Shown here one piece after another: positions 32,461 through 46,315 of a stretch of 64,000 nt of DNA. Made by a program: the position numbers and the translations under genes. The notes under the pieces are model-generated. The model was not told the origin of the DNA. It was given only the letters and a program-made list of their open reading frames with translations, and ran no database searches. The stretch lies in NCBI RefSeq assembly GCF_009914755.1, contig NC_060947.1. The stretch is one strand, 5' to 3'. The DNA is from the human T2T-CHM13v2.0 reference genome, Homo sapiens. Each line of letters starts with the position of its first letter. The first letter of the stretch is position 1.

Positions 32461-33289
32461 CCGGCCAATATGGTGCTGCCCCTACCAGTCTGCTGGCTTG
32501 AAGAGGATGTGCCAGAGACCACTCACCTGCATGGCTGGCCCAGTAGAACAAACCACAGGCTGGCTGTGGGCCTAGAGGCAGGCAGGCCAGCCGGAGCCTG
32601 GCAGAGATATACCAGAGTCAAAGGAGGGCCATCCAAGACCGTCCAGTTGACCTAAACGTGATGTGGAGAGGGATGTGTCTTAGCTACACCTATGTCCAGA
32701 ATTAAGCCTCTGCACAGGTGTGGATTTTACCTCGAGGCTAATAAAGCTTAAAGTTCAGGGCCTTGACTCGCACAGTCCCCTTCCAAGGCCCTGGTAGGGT
32801 CCTAGCAGTTATCATTTGTACCTCTGCACTGTTTTTCTTCAAGAAGGCCCCAAAATTCACGTAACTTTTAGGCCCCCAAACTTGGATCTGACCCTGCAGC
32901 TGCATTAAGAAGAGATTGGGCTGCTATTCTGGTTTCTCCTTCCAGGGGGTAAGTTTATCCGCAGGGTACAGGAGGGCAGAAGGGACTGTACCTCCCCACA
33001 AGAGGGGTTTTGCCTCCGCTCTGCTTCTCTTGGAGGAGCATTTCCCAAGCTCCTCCTCCTCACCTCGTTCTGGGAGAGGGTTAATAGACGTGGGGGTAGG
33101 AGGCCTCTTGGGGCCAAATACTTCTGGAAAGATTGGCGGCCTCTCCACTGCCCCCCACCCACCAACCTCCGGAAGATTCACAATGTACATTAGCATAGTA
33201 AAGGCTCCAGATAAAGAAAACGTTTGGCTTTGTTTACTGTGGGGGTTGCCCATACTTCCTGGAGCTTAAGCTGAAAGCGAAAGGATGAG

Positions 33290-33344
33290 TAGGAGTCAGA
33301 TAGTTGTAGGAGTCAGATAGTTTTAGGAGTCAGAGGGTTTTAGG
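33290..33344 (+). repeat. 17-bp tandem repeat, about 3.2 copies
   Basis: TAGGAGTCAGATAGTTG / TAGGAGTCAGATAGTTT / TAGGAGTCAGAGGGTTT / TAGG. Confidence 0.9.
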
Positions 33345-34807
33345 CTTGAGGGTACAGCCCCAGCAAAAGCCTCGCAAAGCCCGGAGAACTGGAAGAAATT
33401 GCTGCTGGAAGGCAGAGTTTGAGGTGGTGGAGCCGGGAGGGATGGACTAGAGGAGCCCCCCAAGCAGGCCTTTCATCCTGAGGACACCGGGCGACAACGC
33501 GCTCAGAGCTCTGAATCAGAGCTTCCCTGAATCACAGGCAGAGCTCCCAGCTCTCTGAAGGCTTGGCATGCTGCTGTTTGCATCCTTCCATCTGTTAGCG
33601 ATGTTTCAGGCTGGGCAGGCATTGTCCTCATAGAGTTTCTCCCCCATTGTCTCTGCCTCTGCTCACCCCAAAGCTGGCAGAACCACAGCGCCCAGTGGCC
33701 TCTGGCTGCAGAGGGCATGAGGACTTCAGGCTGGTTTCCCAGAAACAGGAGGGTTTGTAGATAACCCTGATACCCTATGACCAAAGGCACCGTTCCCAAA
33801 ACCCCTGCCCATGGAGCTATAGCCTAGTGCTGCCAAGTAAAGTTTGGTTCTGGAAAAAACAATTAGCCTACAGGGGTAGCACTAGCTGTTTCTGAAGTTC
33901 TACAGCCCAGGCCACCACTGGGTGCTGGCCTCAGTCCCATGAACCTTCAGCCCTGCCAATGAGAAGAATTCACAGATTTATTGTCTTCTAGAAAGGTTGG
34001 GGGACACATTCCTCCATGCCACTCTCTGCTAGTTGAGGGCCTGTCCTTTCTCCCCAGGGAATAGTATCTCCCTGGCCAGAGAGCGAGCGGACCAGGCTTT
34101 GCTTTCCAGCCTCACATAACCACCCTCCCGATGCCAAATATGACACATTCTTCAAGCTAACGACCTCTGCCCCCACCTTAAAAATAACAGCCCTCCACTT
34201 CATCCATCTTTGGGCTGATGACTGCTTTTTCTCGAGCAGGCACGGACTCTAGCAGTTCCTTTGTTTTCCAGTGATGCTTTTTATCCTCCATCTGATTTCA
34301 TGTCATCTGTGTCTGTGACTGAGCAGGGCTCCCCCGTCTCCTGGCTCGCCCCGCCCATGCACCTTTGGACGTGAGTCTGGAGAGCCTCTGATTCCATGTA
34401 CAGATTTGCAGGGCTGGCATTTGCCTCTCACATTGGTGCTCAGAGTGGCCGTGTGAAAAGAGGGCGGTCTGGCCGTGGGACTGACTTCCCAGAGCAACAG
34501 GGCAAGCTGGTGAGTAAGAACCAGCCTTTTTGCTGGCAAGGGACCTGGGCAGAGATGGGCCCTAATATACCCAGGAGCAACTTGAAGAATAAATACAAGT
34601 CATGAGCAGCATTACTGCCAGAGTGTGACAGCTGGCCACCTAGCCCTAGATGGGTACAGGGGAGTGTGTAGAGCCTGGAACCTTCTGGAATGGGGTAAAG
34701 GAGTAGCTGAGGGCTCCTAGCTCCACCCTTGGCTCTTTACATGCTCCTGAACACACAAGGGTCCCGCCTAAAATACCGGAGGGCATGGGAGTCTACGTGT
34801 TAGTCCC

Positions 34808-35270
34808 TGTGGCAATTTGAGTCCTCCAGGTAGAGGACACCAAGAGAGAGTAAGTGTGAGAGATGTATTGGGGGAGATTTTTAAGAAGGATAAAGGGGGA
34901 GGGGGGGGGGACTTCAGACCGGGAGGCAGCTCTGACCCCTGCAGAAGGAGAGGGGAAGGAAGGAGGGGTGGGTAGGGAGAGCCTCAGCCGGCAGCGCAGC
35001 TCTGAGAAAGTCTCAGCCAGGCCGATGGGGAGCCCCAGAGCACAGACTGCCCATCAGAAACTTCCTGTGTCAGGCAGTAATGACCCAGCTCTAGTCCCCC
35101 TGCTATGCTCTGTCATCGGGCGGGAACAGCCTGGGGAGGGTGGCCTCAGCAAGAATGCTGCAGCAGATCCCGAAGGTGCCACAGCCAGAGGCTAGCAAAC
35201 CATGACACTTCTTCCAGAAACTTTTCCGCTGAAGGGAGGTCTGGGCAGTGCCCTTGCATGGCTGCCACTG
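34808..35270 (-). mobile_element. ERVL LTR16B-like
   Basis: GAAGGAGAGGGGAAGGAAGGAGG...GCAGCTCTGAGAAAGTCTCAGCCAGGCCGATGGGGAG...GCATGGCTGCCAC. Confidence 0.7.
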
Positions 35271-36759
35271 TCCTTTTGTGTGGGGGTAAGGGGGTATCAG
35301 TGAGGGGAACTCTGAACCCTGGTCTCATGACCTCAGTCAAGCTTTTCTCTGTTGTAGCTTCTTAGTGTGTGGATGAGGGGAATGAACTATACCACATCAG
35401 TCCCCATCTCTATGGGGATGCTTGACACCCTGGATTCTGGTTATTTCAGTCTTTGAGCTCCTAGAAGGTAGACATGGAATCAAAAAAGATACCGAAGGGC
35501 CTCCACCACCAGAGACAGACACATTGCAGTTGGAAAGGGTCCAGAGTCCTTTTCCACTTGCAAGTACAGAAGGGATGTGGGCCTGGCCCAAGACCACTGA
35601 GCTATCCAGTCATTGATTCCATTATTCCACAAAGATGTGGTAGCCACCTACTCCGTGCAGATGGCTACTGTGTGCCCAAGGGGGCCATGGGTCTCCTGAG
35701 GACCAGACGGGCTTCAGCAGGAAGACCTTGCTGCCCATCTCTCCCACCCAGCCTTGGTGATTCTCAAAACCGAGGGGCAATATTCCAGATCAACCCCACT
35801 TGGTCCTGAGGAAGAGAGAAATGGTCAGGGGCGGAGGGTGGGGGAGGTCTCAGGACAAATAATATAATCCCAGTGACTCCCCCGACACTTCCCCTGCACT
35901 ATCACCTCACAAATACGTGCATTCACACGTGCACACACGCACAACCACACAGCCATCTTTGGCATCATTAATAATTTATCTTTGAAGAAGCCTGTACAGT
36001 TTACAAATATTAAAGCATTATCTCACTATTTTAATCACAACGACTGCTTTGGGGTATTCTCGTTCTTTCTGATAATGAAGCTAGGCTCCGAGATCAAACT
36101 TCAACAAGGTCAAAGGGATGGCAGGTGGTTCTTAACCTTTGGGACTGTCTCAGATCCCTTTAAGAACTCTCCCCTCGGAAAAATGCATCTACCCAGAATT
36201 TTGCCCACTCTTTCAGGGGTTTGCAGTCCCTACTTCAAGCCCTTGCAGGGCTCCGCCTCCCCACCCCAGTCCCGGTGCGGCTGAGTTGGACCGGGCGGCC
36301 GCAGGATAAAATCCAGAGAGGAGTCCGTGTGACGGCGCAGCAGGATTAAGAAATCTCCCAGACCAGGATGGGCACAGAAATGGTTAAGGGGGTGGAGGGT
36401 TTTGTTTTTCACCTCTGAGGACTCTGTTATGGGTCATTAAGAACACAAGACCGAACGAGCATTCCATTTGCTGGGCCTGCCTCTAGCGCACAGCTCTGCT
36501 TCCCGACAAGATAAGTTCTGTGCAGGAAGGAAATCCTGGGCCCAGGGAGGCAGATGGGAAATCACCCCAGATAAGGCGGCTGCTCCGAGTGCTGGAGTCA
36601 CACAGGGCCTTTCTGCTGCAAGAATGGCACTGCCGAGAGTCTGCGTTTCTTGCCAGCTGAGGAGGAGGAGGCTCTTCGGAGGCGTCTCCTAACACATTGC
36701 TGTTCTAGGCAGCTCTGCAAGGGGAACCCCCCAACGGGGGTGCAGCACCGTGCCTCCAA

Positions 36760-38350
36760 GTGAAGGAGAGGCCCTCGGGTTCCCGGAGTCTGGAGAGGTG
36801 GCCTCCAGCGGTGCCCCGGCCGCCTCCGGCTAGGCCCGCACACAGTTTACCCCCACCCAGGCCTCCTGGCACCCCCGCCCCGCATCCACCACCCAGGTGG
36901 TACCTGTGCCCGCGCAGGTGAGGAAAAAGGCCTGTGGAAAACATCATTACTGATAAATAACAGTTCCTTTCAGGTTTAATGACACGTTGCATCCATCCTA
37001 AATCTCTCAAAAAAAAAAAAAAAGAAGAAGAAAAGAAAAAAAAGAAAGAAAAAGAAAAAAGCCCTCTCGAGGGACTGCGCCTCGCGCCTGTAAATAGGAA
37101 CGACAGGCCGGGGCGCGCGCCGAGGCGGGCGCACGGCTTGGAGCGGGCGTATAAATTAACCGGGGGCCGCAGAGTGAATACATTGCACGCGGTATTTATT
37201 ATGCGGCCGGACCTCCGAGGGGTTCTCCGGCTCCCGGACGTGGCAAATCTTGTCCGGAGCGCCGCTGGCCGCGCTGCCAAGGGCTAGGACGAGAGGACCC
37301 GTGGCGGGGGGCGGGGGGCTTCTCCTCCAGTCCTCGGGAGCCCCGGGGCAGCCCGCTTACAGCGGCGGCAGCGGGGAGGGTTTAGGCGAGGAGAGACGCG
37401 GCCCCGGGCGCCGCTCGGGCTAGGGGCCGGGCGGGGAGGGCGGGGCGGTGGGAGCGGGCGGCGCGCCCGGCCCCTTAGCATTCCGCCGGCGCGCCCGCCA
37501 TCGCCGCGTGCGCCCCCGCGCCCCGCTGTAATTACCCCGATTACCAAATGAATCTCGCGCTTTTGTGCTCGCCGGGCGGTGGGTGCGGGGAGGCAGTTCT
37601 AATAGTTGTCATTAGGGCCGGGGGAGGCGGGGCGCCGGGGGCTGAGGGTGGGAGCGCGGGGGTGGGGGAGGCCCGCCATTCCCTCGCTGGCTCGCTTGTT
37701 CGCTGGCGGTCCCAGGCGGCGCGCAGGCCGCTGCTGGCTGCTGAGTAATGATTTTTTTTCTAATTGGAGGCGAACAGCGGCCCTAATGGATGGAGCCGCT
37801 CTCGGCGCGTTCGCTGCGCCCGCCCTTCGATCAATACGGCTCGCTGAGACCGCCGGGCCGCGCTCCCCGGCCCTTTGTGGTCAGAGATGCCTCGGGGGCC
37901 CCAATCCCCGCCACCACCACCGGCCCCCCATGCTGCCTCAGCCTCGCCCGGGGAGTTCCCAGCCCCGCCACTCCGAGACACCACCCCTCCTCCGGCCTAC
38001 CCCCACCCCGGACACTCCAACCCCAGGCTCCTTCCCGCACCCCCGCGCCCGAGTTCCCCTCTCGGAACACTCTTACTCCAGCTCCCCCAACACTGCCCCC
38101 GCGTGTCCCCGCCGTCCCGAGCCCTCCATCCCTTCTTGTCCTCACACTATGCCCAGTAGCCTGGTCCCCGTGGCCTTTCAGACAGGGTGGGTTAGCAGGG
38201 AGGTGTACGGGAGGGCAGACCCGGGATTGCCACCCTCACCCCTTTTCCGTGACCGCGTTTCTGCCAAGCGCCCCAGGCCGGGAGGAGAGCCGGGCACAGG
38301 CGACAGCCTCCGAGAGTTTACGCCGGCTGGTCCGGGAAGGGTTCGCTGAG
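36760..38350. promoter_or_regulatory. CpG island, candidate promoter/enhancer with no coding gene visible
   Basis: Very high GC and CpG density against a CpG-depleted background; GC boxes (GGGGCGGGG, GGGCGGGG); TATAAA at 37150-37155. Confidence 0.9.
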
Positions 38351-38892
38351 TCCAATTAAATCCCCACGTTCTTTCCTTCTTGAGCCCACTCCATCTCGGA
38401 CTGGCTCCAACTGGGACCCTCCGGCTTTCTGAAGGTACAGAAACTTGCGAGCACAGACACACTCCCTGGGGGCACCAGTTTCCAAGAAGCCCTCTGGAAT
38501 GTTTAGCTCAGAAACCGGACAGCATGCACAAGTCCTCCTAGGTCAGGGGTCAAATGTGCCCTCTGTTTTGCAGGCCCTTCGTGCACTGCTTCTAACTAGC
38601 TGGTGACCTTGGGCAACGACTCAGTGCCTGAGGGACTCTTTTTCTTACACCTTACAGAAGTTTATCCAGCTCTACAAGCTAGGCGGCTGGGATACAACAT
38701 TAAAAGGAATGGTCAAACCTTCCCACTCCTTCCTGCAGTTTAGAGACTTTCCTCCTTCCACCCTGCGGAGAGCGGCTCCTGGGAGGCCCAAGCTGCTCCA
38801 CCTACCCTCCTTCCTTCATCTGCTTACTTTCTGTTGCTGGCTGTGATTCCTGCATAACATTTAGCATCACCTAACATAATAAACACTTGCTT

Positions 38893-39200
<308 letters not shown>

Positions 39201-39433
39201 AACACTTGCTTGTTTGTTTATTGTGATTCTTCCCCCACTACTATGTCATCTCCACAAGGACTGGGATTTTTATCCATTTTGTATCCTCAGCACCTAAAAC
39301 AGAGCTTGGAACATAATAGGTATTCAGTAAATATTAGCTGCATGAACAAATTGAAACAATTTGAACCTGGTGAAACCTCTTCCTCTCCTGTCCTGAGAAA
39401 GGATAAGACTTTGGCTTTTCACTTCTTGGACTC

Positions 39434-40000
39434 TGTGGCATATTGTGTTTTCCAAATAATGGCCACAGCAATGTTTCTGGTCCCACATGCTATTCCAGCA
39501 CGGTGCCTCTACCCCCTTCAAGAGAAGTCTCTTTCCCCTCCACTTGAACCTGGGTGGGTCTTTGTGACTGTCTCCACGAATAGAATGTAGCCACATACAT
39601 CCTAGTCTAAGTCATAAATGATTACATGGCTTCCTTCTCTCTTTTTCTCTTGGGACTGTCACCCTTGCAACCCATCCACCATGTTGTAAGGGAGCCCAGA
39701 CCACATGAAGAGGTCAAGTGTAGGTGTTCCAGCCAATAGCCCTAGCTAATGTCCTAGCCACCACCTAGCACCAGCCACCAGATAGGTGAAAGAGCAAGCC
39801 TTCAAATGATTCCAATCCCGGCCTTTGAGCCACCCCACTTGATGCCAAGTTGCATCACCATTCAAGCTACCCAGCTGACACTGAGTGAAGCACAAATTAT
39901 CCCTGCTGAGTACAGCCAAATAGCAGATTCATGAACAAACTAAATGTTGATATAAGTCACTAAGTTTTGGGGTAGTTTGCTACCCAATAGATAGCTGAAT
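39434..40000 (+). mobile_element. MLT1 (G/H-like) LTR
   Basis: TGTGGCATATTG...TGGCCACAGCA...CTTTGTGACTG...TAAGTCACTAAGTTTTGGGGTAGTTTG. Confidence 0.75.
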
Positions 40001-40539
40001 CCCCCATTCCACTGACTTCTCTCCAGTCCTCTATTACCTAGGCACACCACAAACCTCCTTGTCACAGTACACAGAGTGAACTCTCTTCTGAGGCCCTAAG
40101 CTCTGTGCTCCATCCCTGCAGCCACCTGTTTGAGGATCCTCAGCTCCCCTGTCCCAGTAGCACAGCCTGGATAAACATCAGCCCACTATAAATCCAACAG
40201 GCCCTCCTGCCCTCCTCTAGGCTTGCTCCCAGGAGGCCCAGCCCAGCAGGAGGAAATCACTCAGCCTTGCTAAGCAGTAGCACCACCACCAGCCCTGTGA
40301 ATCCTGCATCTTCCTGCTCAGCTCTCGACACACAGTTACTTCCCTCATTCTCCACTCAGCTGACTTCAGCCCCACACTCCACTTCACAGAGACCATGACC
40401 TCCCCCACCCCAGCATGTTGCCATCACACGTCTGTCCACAGCATCCTGTCTGCCTACCCTCTGGTTCCAGGTGTCTTTCCACCCATCTAAAGGCCAATCC
40501 CACTCTTGGGCTCTGGATGCTAGCTGCTCCAACTCTAGG

Positions 40540-40730
40540 GCAGCGCTGCACAACAGTTGCAGTGATGGAACTGTTCCATCTCTGTGCTGTCCAATAGAAT
40601 AGCCACTAGCCACCTGTGACTACTGAGCACTTAAAATGTGGTCAGTACCACCAAGGGGATAAATTATTTTATCTTAGTTCATTTAGGTAGCTGAACGCTG
40701 CTAGTGGCTACTGTATTGTATAGTGCAACT
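40540..40730. mobile_element. MER3 hAT MITE
   Basis: TGTGCTGTCCAATAGAATAGCCACTAGCCACCTGTGACTACTGAGCACTTAAAATGTGG. Confidence 0.75.
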
Positions 40731-41804
40731 CCAGAGATTAGTCCTGCCCTCTCCCAGGTCCTCGGCTTCACCCTCCCCATCAGCCATTTACAAGTCCTTC
40801 TCTCTCATCTCCTGCTACCTCCCACTCCACCCCCACCCACCCCCACTGCATTTTTCTCTGGTCCTTCACAGCCAAACTTCTTCATGGATTTGTCGCCACT
40901 GCCTCTTCTCCCATACCCGCACCTTGTCCACACCCTAGGTCTTTCCGAATGTCGTTTTCTTCCCCACCTTCCCAGCCCCTCCCCACGAAATGAACTCCCC
41001 ACGTAATGAAATCACCTTAGAAGCTTCAAGGTAAAAAGTTACTTTTTCCAGGAAGCCCTACCGGACACCCCCATCCCAGAAGAGATTGGTTGTCTTTGCC
41101 ATGTGTCCCTGTGGTGCCCTAAACAATCTCTGGGACTGTACATGTCAGTTTCTTGCCATTGCCTATTTAATTACCAGGCTTCCCTGCAGACTGGTTGTCC
41201 CGTGAGGGTAGAAGCCAAGCTCCCATGCCCATCATCACATCCCTGTGCTTGTGCCAGGCACATGATGGGTGGTCAGTAAATATTTGTTGAAGAAATGCCC
41301 TAAGGGGGAAACTGTAGCTAAAGAAGTAAGTGACAGATGCTTCAGTGGAGGACCCAGTGGGTGGGTGGGAGCACACAGGGGAGTTCGAGGTTGGTAAAGG
41401 CCTCACAAAGAAGGTGACATCTGCAGGGGATCTGAAAAGACAAAATGAGTTTGCCAGGTGAGCAAGTCAGGAGATTATTCCGGGGAGAAAGATATCATGA
41501 GCAAAAACCCAGACATGCAGTGGCAATGAGCAGGAAGAAATGCAGACTGGGCGGAAGGGGTGAGAGAAGGAGGGCTGCGAGGAACCAGGCTGGGGGCAGA
41601 GTGAGGCCCAGAGGAAAGGGGCTTGCCTTGGGGGCCGTGCATTTTATCTTCAACCTGTTGAAGTTGAACCTGTTCAGCTTTGAGGCTTTTTGTTTACCCA
41701 TTTGCATGAGAAGGGAACTCTGCAAGGAAGCTTGGAAGGGACCACGGTCATCTTGGAGATCCATTGCTCAGATCTCTCTTGCACACAGAACTTTCTACAA
41801 GTGC

Positions 41805-42174
41805 AATTAGTTGACAACCTCCAGCCGTGGGTGCCTTCAGGCTCTGCCTTTTAGGGCAAGGCCATGCACTTCCAGTGACTGAGTATGGCCAATCCAGGCT
41901 AGATCACTGCTCTAGGTGATCTTTACGCTAGAACTTCCCCATGGACCTGGCTGAGACTCTCTGAGCTGCACTGAGGGGTGAGGCTTTCCCTACCAGCCCC
42001 TCCTTCCTTCCCCTCTCCCTTCATAGGAGTCAGACCTGCTTCCTGGCCTGAAGGCCCTCCCCACCTCCTCCTGCTCCCTCCTCACTTCATCTTCCATAAG
42101 CATTTCCCCCAGTAAACCTCTTGCATGTCTAATTCCATCTTAGCATTTGCTTCCTGGAGGACCCAACTGACACA
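41805..42174 (+). mobile_element. ERVL LTR16-like
   Basis: CCCCAGTAAACCTCTTGCATGTCTAATTCCATCTTAGCATTTGCTTCCTGGAGGACCCAACTGACACA. Confidence 0.7.
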
Positions 42175-42199
42175 GTACAGAATTACTGACACACACACT

Positions 42200-42425
42200 T
42201 TCCCTTTACTGAGTCCCCTGTTAAATACTTGCCATACATTGTCTCACTAACCCTCCCAGCAGTCCCATAAGGTAGGCACCATTATTATCTTCACTTGACA
42301 GATGAGAACAGGGGCTCAGAGAGGACAAATTACTTGCACAAGGTCATACCATCAGGGCTTGATGGAATTCAAAATCAGGCCTAGGCATGCCTGACTCCAA
42401 AACTCAGCTGCTCAACTCCTGCACT
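42200..42425 (-). mobile_element. MIR
   Basis: ACAGATGAGAACAGGGGCTCAGAGAGG...ACTTGCACAAGGTCA...CTGACTCCAAA. Confidence 0.75.
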
Positions 42426-43123
42426 GTGACCCTTTAGGGACTGGTTGGAACAAAGTTGTCCTGGAGACAGTGGCCAAGCAAATGAGGTGGACTGGAGCAC
42501 GTCATCTCAAGAGTCCTCCAGGCCTTACTTTTTCCATCTCTGTGGCTTTGGGACATGTAGGCACACACAGGTGCCAGGATTTACCTGTGCCGAGGAACCT
42601 GCCTGCCACACTGTGACCAGGCAAGCATTGGATTGAGGGTAAACAGATTAGGATTCCAAAATGGGGGCTTTGGTCAGCACCTGAGTGATCTTAGGCAAAT
42701 GACGTGGATTCACCAGGAAACTTCATTTCCACAGCTATGGTGATCATCTGATTCCCGTGATGATCTGGTGCCCCTGATGTTTGATGCTCTTCTTTGCCAC
42801 AGCCTGACTTCCTGTCCAAGATGCCCAAGGCAAAAAGTAGACTTTTTCTCTGCTTGCAAAGTGATTTGTGGTCTCAGCTCAAAAGCCTGAAAACTAATGT
42901 TTGCAGCCAGGGGGTTGGAATACCTGAGGACTGCTTAGGTAAACAGTCCTACCAGACTGCCTCTGGAGAAGGTTTTTGGTGGTGAGCAGAGGGGCCCACT
43001 CGAGGTCTGCTTGACCTGTGCCTGTACCTGCACCTGTTCACGACGAAGGTGCAGTCTCAGCCCCCTTGGGGAGAGGATGCGGTCATTGGCAGTGCCCCCT
43101 CAGCTGCGCGCTGTGGGATCTAA

Positions 43124-43331
43124 CCAGTGATAATGCTGGTAAATGTTTAACTGGCTCTCTGGGGGAAAGTCCTAATTTCTAGTTTTTGCCAATTTCCATA
43201 GAGCAAACCCTCCTACTCTAGCCAATTCCAAGCTTCAGACTTGTCATCACTGAACACAGAGGTAGGAAGAGCTGTGCACAGTTGGCTGGGCTCTTGTGCG
43301 CTGGAGCCGGCCCCAAAACACCCCTCACTGG
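43124..43331 (-). mobile_element. MER63A-like element
   Basis: CCAGTGATAATGCTGGTAAATGTTTAAC...TCATCACTGAACACAGAG...CTGGAGCCGGCCCCAAAACA..CACTGG. Confidence 0.75.
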
Positions 43332-44236
43332 GTCTAACCCTGTGGCTGACTGAGGAATGGCTCCTCATGCATGGCCAGAGACTCCTGAGTACACAGGGCC
43401 AGGCCAGGGAGCAGAGGAATCAAAAGGATGGGGCAGGGGTTAGGGGCTTCGACTGGCTGGGTTGGGGGCCTGGGAAGAACATGTCACGCCAGATGCCACA
43501 TCACAGCTCAGCGTGTTGCTGCACAGTCTGGCCCAGCGTGTGTTCATGCATTTGCTCTGTCTCTTTCTAGAGACATTCTAGAACTCAGTGCTTACATCTG
43601 GCAGATGCTCACTACATTTCTAATTGAGAAGTGTGTGCGTGCTTAGATCCAGGCCTTTCCCCCAGAGACAATAGAGACAGAGATACCCAGAGAGACTGAC
43701 TGTAAAGACTGGGCCACAGCCTCGGCAGCTCTGAGCTGTGGCAGGGATTGCAGCGTGGGAGCTGGAGGAGTAGAATCGCTCGGGGAAGAAAGACAAGGTT
43801 CCTATTGAGTTAGGATGAGAGGTTCACAAACCAGAAGTGGTTATAGGGGCTCCCCTTCTATAGAGACTCCTTGGAGCAGGACTGAGGCCCCTGGAAGCTA
43901 AAGGCCATTGCCTGGCTGCTTGCCCCCAGGCAACCTTCCCCACACCTGCCCCCTCCCCACCTCTGCCTGACTGACCCTAGATCCTTTTTCTTTTTTCTTC
44001 CTTTCCTTTGTACAAAAAGGGAAGAGCAAGTCCGGCTCAAACGTGCTACTCTCCAGGAATTGCCGAAACTTACACTGAATGACACCCAAATCCCTTCATG
44101 GGCACCTCCGATAACCACCTTGGTGGCCGTTTTTCATACCCGTGGCTCATTAGGGTTTCTGGGGCCAGGCCAAGAAATTGCCAAAGACAAGACAAGCAAC
44201 GCCTGCCTGGAAATTCCGCAGAGCCCACTCCCCTCA

Positions 44237-45067
<831 letters not shown>

Positions 45068-45689
45068 TCATGCCTGGACCATCAGCCCTGTGCTGGGCAC
45101 TGGGCCATACAGAAATGAATAAAATAGTCTCTCTCTTCAGAGTGCTTGCAATCTAGGTACTGCAGACTATGTAAGGGTCATATGTTCCAAAGAAGCCAAG
45201 GTCACAAGAAAAATTTTTTTTTCCTAGCCCTCCTCTGATATTCCCACCCCCAAAAGCTTTCTGAAGGATGTGGCATGTGATTTTGAAAAATGCCTAGGCT
45301 GACAAAAGCCCACAGAGATGGAACAAGAGGAGGAATGTCTTCCAGCAGGGTCTTGTGGTTAAAGTGAAGAGTTCCCTTTGGGGGAAGTGGATGTAATGAA
45401 TGTGGAAGATGACAAAGAACCAAAGAAGCTCAAGGCAGGACTGTATGTCAAGTATTTGGTCCCCTGGGTTCCCCTCCAGACACCAACAAGCAGCCACCAT
45501 CTTTTTCTTCATGCTCTGCAGGGAGTGTTACAAAGTCATACATGGTCCCCTTCTTAGATGGATCTGAATGTCTTAGAGTTCCTACCTGTACTGAGCCAAA
45601 AGGTGCAGCTCTCTTGCTATTCACCCTGGGGCCTGCAAAAACAAGGCTCATTTCTCTTCCACCAATGACCCTTCAAATATTTGAAATAA

Positions 45690-46315
45690 CTGTGTTTTGC
45701 TTTTCTACTCCTGCCTAAGAAGTACCACCAAAACTTAATGGTTTAAAACAACAGTGTGATTATAGCTCACTGCAGCCTCCAATTCCTGTGCTCAAGTGGT
45801 CCTCCCACCTCAGCCTCCCAAGTAGATGGGACTACAGGCATGAGCCACCACACTCAGCTTAACAATTGATTCTTTTTCTCACAATTCTACAGGGTCAGTT
45901 TGGCTCAGCTGGATGGTTCTTCTGTTCCACGTGGCAGCTGGAGCCATGCAACTGCAGTCAGCTAGGAGTTTGACAGAGTATGGGGCATCCCAGATGGCCT
46001 CATTCACATTTTTGGCAGTTGGTGTTACCTATTGACTGAGTTGCTCGTGTTCTCTTCCCCTCGGCCTCTCTCTTCAGTAGCGTAGCCCAGGCTTTTTACA
46101 TGGCAGTTCTATTCGAGAAAGCAAAGACAGATGCTGCCAGGTCTCTTAAGTCCTAGACTCAGAAGTCACATGGGAACACTTCCATTGCATTCTCTTGGCC
46201 AGACCAAGTCACAAGGCTAGCCTGGGCTCAAGGGGAGGGGAAACAGATTCTTGCTTCTTTTTGATGAGGAGAGTGGCATGCATACACAGGGATGGGAGAA
46301 ATTGCTGGCAACCAG
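45690..46315 (-). mobile_element. MLT1 LTR with an inserted Alu monomer fragment (~45754-45860)
   Basis: CCAAAACTTAATGGTTTAAAACAAC...CACTTCCATTGCATTCTCTTGGCCA...GTCACAAGGC. Confidence 0.75.

Noticed and set aside
33290-33344. CRISPR-like direct repeats
   Set aside because: The units are contiguous with no spacers; this is a eukaryotic minisatellite.
36705-38359. ORFs of 189-247 aa in the CpG island
   Set aside because: Low-complexity P/R/G/A-rich frames are expected where stop codons are scarce in GC-rich DNA; no domain is recognisable and several frames overlap.
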